A DNA stretch of 63,733 nt, the filler included, from Reclinomonas americana ATCC 50394 (Eukaryota): NCBI GenBank assembly GCA_048213135.1. It is 4 parts of 2 records of this genome, joined end to end, with 100 filler letters (N's around TTAATTAATTAA, not from the genome) between each part and the next. Parts side by side here need not be neighbours in the genome. Positions count along the whole stretch, not along the records: positions 45,988 to 61,095 come from PS015558.1; positions 61,196 to 63,733 come from PS015570.1; 2 more parts are not named here. One strand, written 5' to 3'. The notes under the pieces were generated by a model, which saw only the letters and a program-made list of their open reading frames with translations, did no database searches and had not been told where the DNA came from. A program made the translations under genes and the position numbers. Within the stretch, counting starts at the first letter, position 1; each line of letters begins with the position of its first letter. Of the stretch, positions 58,201-63,733 are shown one piece after another.

Positions 58201-61095
58201 GTGCAAGATCACTCTCGGCAAGACCACCTTTGTGGCCTACGAGCTGACCGTGTCGGCAGACGTCGGTGTGCCGCTGTTGGAGTTCTCGCACACGGAGGTG
58301 CCGTTCTCTTTCTCGTATGCACCCGACCAGGAGGAGAATACTCTGGCGCAGCCGCTGACGCTGAAGAACGTGTCTGCGCTGCCGCTGACGTTCACATTGC
58401 GACCGCCTGCGCCGTTTATTGTGGACCAGACGCACCTGTCGCTGCAGCCGCAGCAGTCGGCCAGTGTCAGTGTGGAGATGGATCCGACCTACCGAGGCGA
58501 TCGTGTGTCCCACAAGATTCGCAACAAGCTGCTCATCACCTACGCGGACCACCCGCAGCGCGATGGTGTGACACTGACGGCCGACATCAACTTCCCCAAC
58601 TTGCAGCTGGAGACCGATGTCGTCGACTTTGGCTGCATTGTCAATCAGGGCGAGAAGTCGGCCGTGCTCAACATGACGAATGTCAGCCGTCTGCCTGTCT
58701 CATACCGCTGGGTGCTGCAACGCGACATTCCCGAGGGTCGCCAAGTTGATGGTGAGTAATGTGATGGATTTGTTCTCTTCCTCTCGCGACTCATGTTTTG
58801 CGTCCTTTCAGCTGCCATGCTCGACGGCATCAGCAACTATTTTGACATTCTGCCCCTGCACAACGTGCTGCAGCCGGGCCAATCGGAACAAACGGAGATT
58901 CTGTTCAGCGGTCGTCCCAACAGCAAGCAGACCGTCAAGGCCGTGTGCGAGGTGGACGGCGGCCCCTCGTACGTGGTCTCTCTGTCGGGCTCGACGGCGG
59001 CCATGTCGTTCCGTGTGGAGAACCAGGAACTCGATTTTGGAGAGATCCAGTTCGACCGCCCCACCGACGCCGAGGTGGTACTGGTCAACACCAGCGCCGT
59101 CCCGTTCACCTACACTGTCGATCTCAGTGGCATCTCTGTGCCGGGACGGATCACAGTGCGCCCCGACAATGGTGTGTGTCTCTCTGCTGTGCGTGTGTGT
59201 GGGCCAGAAAGTGTGCGCGCCCTCACTCATATCTCGTGTGCAGCGCGTGTCGATGCCAACGCTTCGCGCCGTCTGTCTGTCAAGTTCGTGCCGTACATCC
59301 CCGACGTGGTGGTCGAGCGCTTCTACATCCAGGTGGCGCACTTTGATCCGGTGCCCATCACGATTCGCTGCATCGGCACCTTCCCGCGTGTGATGATTAC
59401 GCTGCCGCTCAAGTCGGATGAGATGAGCGGCTTCTTGCAGCGTGCCGCTGATCTGGTCTCGCGTGGCGAAACTCCGCTGCCGGTGGCCGACGCGGCTCTG
59501 GCGCACCTTGTGCGTCGTACGCAGAACCCACCGTCGCGCCAGGCCACTTCCACGGGACCGACTCCAACGCAGAGTGTGGTGGGAGTCCAGCGTGCTCAGA
59601 GGTGCGTGCGCCGCGCGAGTGCTTCCCTCATTCGTCACAATTACTTATCTTCGTGCGCCTGCCGTTCAGCCCGTCTGCACTCGGCGCCGGCTCCATGATG
59701 ATGAAGACCCCGCAGCAAGTGGAGATTGAGGCCGAAGCAGGTATGCAGGCTGACAAAGAAAGCAATGTGCGCGTGCGTGCGTGTCTGTCTCCTCACCCTC
59801 CTGTCTGTGCTGTGTCACGCCACAGAGCGCCTTGCGCTTGTCGACCTCCTCATGAACACTCCGGTGTCGTCCACCACCATGGGCGCGACAGCAGCCGCGT
59901 CACGACGGACAACGGCCGTCGCCACCGCGACTGCTGCGGGCGCGAACCGTCCGAACACGGCCACTGGATGTGCGTGTGTGATTCGCGTCTCTCCCTCTGT
60001 TTGTCTGAGTTTCTCACACCACTCATTGACTCGTGCAGTGATTCAACTGTCGACGGAGCGCCTGTCGCTGAGTACCTACGTTTGCGACTTTGGCCATGTG
60101 GTCCGCGGCTCGGTGAAGCGCAAGGCATTCCGCATCGTCAACACGGGCTACTCGCAAGTGTCGCTCAACTTTGACAAGCGCGCCATGCTGAACACTGGCT
60201 TCTCCATGGAGCCCGATAAGTTTGGCCGCATTCCCGGTGCCCCGAACAACGAAGCCGTGGAGGTGGCGCTGACGTTCCAGTCCAAGGTACTGCTGCGCGT
60301 ATGATTGTGCGACGACGGGTACAGTGAGACTCACACGGCGCACACGCTGCGCACAGAGTATTCCCGAGGGTCCACTGGAGCGTGTGGTGCCGGTGCACAT
60401 CAAGGGCTCGCCGAATGTGAATCTGCTGCTGCGCGCCAACATTGTGATTCCCGACGTGAACCTGTCCACCAGTCGACTGGACTTTGACACGTTGCGTCTG
60501 CTGTTGCTATTGTCGTTCGATGTCTGTTGCTTACGAGGATGGGTGTTGGGTTACGAATGCAGCGTTCTGTGTGGCCAGACAAAGACCATGGTGGTGCAGT
60601 TGCACAATGCCAAGAAGTTGCCGTGCGAGTGGGCCTTCAAGCCAAGCACCGAGGCGCGCAGCGACGAGTCACGCTTCCAGTGCGTGCCGTCGGAGGGCAC
60701 GCTAATGCCCGACGAGCGCATCAATGTGGCAGTCACCTTCGTGCCGAACAAGGAGCGCACCTTCCAGGCCAAGCTCACCATCAAGTGCAACCAGAGCTCC
60801 GCCAGCCACGCGATTCAGTGCCGTGGTGTCGGCGAGGAACTGCACATGGCAATCGAGCCGCCGCAGATCTCCTTCCCGCCGACCATGCCGTTCAAGGGCG
60901 AGGACTTCTTCTTCCAGCTGCAGAACCACAGCAATGTGCCAGTGGAGGTGTACTCGCTGGACTTTGATCAGCAGTACATGATCGAGGAGGAGGTGCTGCG
61001 CTCAAATGAGGCGCTGAAAACGGGACCGCTGCTTCTGCCGCCACGTCAACCGGGCGATGTGCTGCCGCAGCATCTGGTTGATGAGCACCACGAAG
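53949..61095 (+). CDS. HYDIN: HYDIN central-pair protein (ASH/MSP repeats), 5' part, truncated at linker
   Basis: VAPGMEVRFAVSFTPE, CITEREKFVVPV, LPDEIDFGACPVKY, AYCDVSGREMRLPLEL, YVCDFGHVVRG, EVYSLDFDQQYMIEEEVLR. Confidence 0.95.
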
Positions 61096-61195
61096 NNNNN
61101 NNNNNNNNNNNNNNNNNNNNNNNNNNNNNNNNNNNNNNNTTAATTAATTAANNNNNNNNNNNNNNNNNNNNNNNNNNNNNNNNNNNNNNNNNNNN

Positions 61196-61467
61196 ACCGC
61201 ATGCTTCTCAAACGTCCACGCCGCACGCGGCTCATCACCTTGCAACACAAGTCTGGTCGCATCCAGCACCACACGCGCCACTGCCACATCGCGCTCACTC
61301 GGCGCCGGCATCGGTGGCGGTAACCGCACTCGGGGACACGGCAGCGACTGCGCATGCATCCCTCGTCCACTCATCATCACCATCATCATCGGTCCACCCA
61401 CGTACAACAACACCAGCGCAAACAACAGCACCATTGCGCCGACAACAACTGCTCGTGATCGCAGCAT
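61196..61467 (-). CDS. 5' fragment of a type II membrane or secreted protein
   Basis: MLRSRAVVVGAMVLLFALVLLYVGG...; runs into a gap. Confidence 0.5.
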
Positions 61468-61542
61468 CGAGCGAATGCACACACACACACACACACACAC
61501 CCAGCGCACGGTTTACTTGTTGTGTTTGCGATGCGAGGGTAG

Positions 61543-62049
61543 CTATCTGAGAGGTCGCACGGAACCACTCAGCGGATCAAATCGAAGCTCCAGCGAGCGC
61601 AGACTGGCGTTGGTGTAATCGACAAACTTTTGCGGATCGCACACTCGCGCGTCCGCGTGGAAGTGCATGGCGCGAATGTACATCCATAGAACTAGCAGCG
61701 CTGCGGGGATGGCACAAGCCTGCAGCACTAGCGATGCAGAGATCTGTGATGCGCGTGAGCTAGTGAGAAGGCCCAGTGAGCGCGTTTCCACACAGACCTC
61801 GCTGGAGCTGTGTATCACCCATGCAGCGCGGACGGAGAGTGCACCAATCACCACCAGCAGCACGATTGACTTGACTGCGTTGTGTGTGTGAGAGAGGGAG
61901 AGTGTGCATGTGGAGGTTTGTGTGCGCGCGCAACTTGTGAACTTGATGTGTTCTCTCCTCGCCGACGAGTACTTGTGCCGCAGTCGCACCTCGAAGGCAC
62001 TAAAGTCGGCGCGTTGGTCGTCGGTCCACACCACTCCATGGGCATTCAT
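61543..62049 (-). CDS. CNEP1R1: Nuclear envelope phosphatase regulatory subunit (TMEM188/NEP1-R1-like), 3 exons
   Basis: DFSAFEVRLR, two TM helices, and VCDPQKFVDYTNASLRSLELRFDPLSG. Confidence 0.65.
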   Translation of the reverse strand: MNAHGVVWTDDQRADFSAFEVRLRHKYSSARREHIKFTSCARTQTSTCTLSLSHTHNAVKSIVLLVVIGALSVRAAWVIHSSSEVCVETRSLGLLTSSRASQISASLVLQACAIPAALLVLWMYIRAMHFHADARVCDPQKFVDYTNASLRSLELRFDPLSGSVRPLR

Positions 62050-62156
62050 CAACGCGCGCACGCGAATAAAAAAAAACACTCAGAAATTTTACTTCACAGA
62101 ATTCGCAGTCGCCGAGTGCGTGAGGTGAGCAACGCGCAGCAGGTAAATCGGGCCTC

Positions 62157-63661
62157 TCAGGCGGGACGCGAGTTTGGTGACCGTGCTCCTGCTGCTGCTG
62201 AGAGACTCTGTAGCTGCTCCCGAAGGGTTCGGTTCTCGTCGCTCAGTCGTTGCACTTCGTCGCCCAGAATTGTCATGTTTTGCTGCGGGCGACGCACACG
62301 CAGTGGGTGCGGCTGCCGGTGCACAGGGAGAGAAGCACATACACACACACATACCTGCAAGTGCGTGTTCTGCAATGTGGCCTCCTCGTACAGCGTCTGC
62401 AGCTGAAGCGTCTGCTCGTCCTTGTGCTTCTTGCGGTTGAAGAGGGATGACAGGAAGCCACCGGAGCCCTCGCCACCACCGTCGGCAGCGGCTTCCAGGC
62501 GCTTCTTGGGGCTCATTACCGCCAGCTTCTCCTTTTGCACGTAGTGATCGACAAGCTGTGTCTTGCGGTCCAGGTCCTGCGCTCAACAAACGATGAGTTT
62601 GAAGATCAAGGGCAGAAAAGTAAAGAAATCGAAATGTACTCGTGCAACGCACCGTGTGCAGCTGCGAGATGGTGGCCTGGTATCGGCGCAATTCCTCCTC
62701 GAGTCGCCACTTGTCGTTCTGAATCTCGCCCAGACGAGCAACCAGCACATTGTTCTCTTTGATCAGCGTGGCCTTGTCTTCAGTGCCCTCTGCCAAATGC
62801 CCGGATTTGCTGTCGCGCACCACGCCGGTTCGGAGGAATTCGGCTTCAGCCTCCAGCACACGTCGCATCTCAACCTCCTGTTGCAACTGCTGTTGCAACT
62901 CTCTGCGTGGACACAAGAATTAAAAAAATGCACGAGGAAGTGAGATCGATGACCGCTTTCAACGGCGCACCTGGTGAGATGCTTGTTCTTCTTCAGATTG
63001 ATCGACGCCACTTGCTTCTCTCGCGCCAACTCATCCTCCGCCCTGGCCTGCGCCTCGCGCGCCTGACGCATTTCGTTTTGCGCGACGTCAAGATCGGCCA
63101 GCTGCGACAAGGAGTGAATCATCTGACAGCGAAACTGGAGCACGCACTTCCTTCCTCCCACTCCAACTTACCGACGTATCCAATCGCTGCGAGTGGCTCT
63201 CAAAGAGTCCACGCCACACGGCCGAACTCACAAAAGCGTTCACCACTGATTTCTCGTACACCGCCAGCGTTCGCGCCAGCTTCTTCTCCAGGCGATTGGC
63301 GCGGTCGAGTTGCTCGCGTGCCTCCTTCAAACTGGTATCGAGGTTTGCTTGCGTCTGCAGCACACCAATCGAAGAGAAATATATATAAGTTGCGGGCAGC
63401 AGAACTGCAACAAAATGCACAGGCACTCGACCTCCTGCAGACGCGTTTGCAGCTCCTTCTTCTTCGCCAGTGTCTTTTCGAGGTCGGAAGTGCGCGCCTG
63501 CAGCTCCATCTGCGTTCGATCGTACACCTCTGGGGGTCTCATCAGCCACCACGCCGCACGTCCATGCCATGGGCACGCACTCACAAACCTTGCAATCCAC
63601 TGTAATCCTTCGCATGCTTCACCTCTCGAGCACGCAAATCCTCAATGGTGTGCTCCAACGC
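62157..63661 (-). CDS. GRIPAP1: GRIPAP1/CCDC186-like coiled-coil protein, 3' part
   Basis: LVARLGEIQNDKWRLEEEL, DLDRKTQLVDHYV and LQTLYEEATLQNTHLQQNMTILGDEVQRLS. Confidence 0.65.
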
Positions 63662-63733
63662 CTGTGCACACGGATCGACTTGAGCACACACTCTGCCAGC
63701 AACATGGCGCCTCTCTCTCTCACACACACGCAG

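Overview
This is GC-rich, microsatellite-rich eukaryotic genomic DNA from a flagellated protist (the taxon cannot be determined from sequence). It has very dense, short (~50-90 nt) spliceosomal introns, N-gaps and three artificial TTAATTAATTAA contig linkers. Hand splicing gives about 18 genes. The largest is a >19 kb polycystin-1-like receptor (signal peptide, NHL, ~23 cadherin-like repeats, PA14, FN3, REJ, GPS, TMs). The others are FAM227-like, STK19, a Zn-finger/putative Cys-peptidase, a UBX protein, EB1, Yip1, a secreted FN3 protein, actin (partial), CFAP206, Ku70, HYDIN (partial), CNEP1R1 and GRIPAP1-like. The most striking signal is a two-class 5' splice-site system. About 30 donors (roughly one in five of those I placed by hand) are +1-shifted, GTTNNG(T/C), typically GTTGCGT. 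They occur almost only when the exon does not end in G, while G-ending exons use ordinary GTNNGT donors. A hidden micro-exon gene, GC-AG introns, very tight gene spacing and a candidate WGTAA(A) poly(A) signal are also noted. All gene models and counts are manual and need RNA-seq confirmation.
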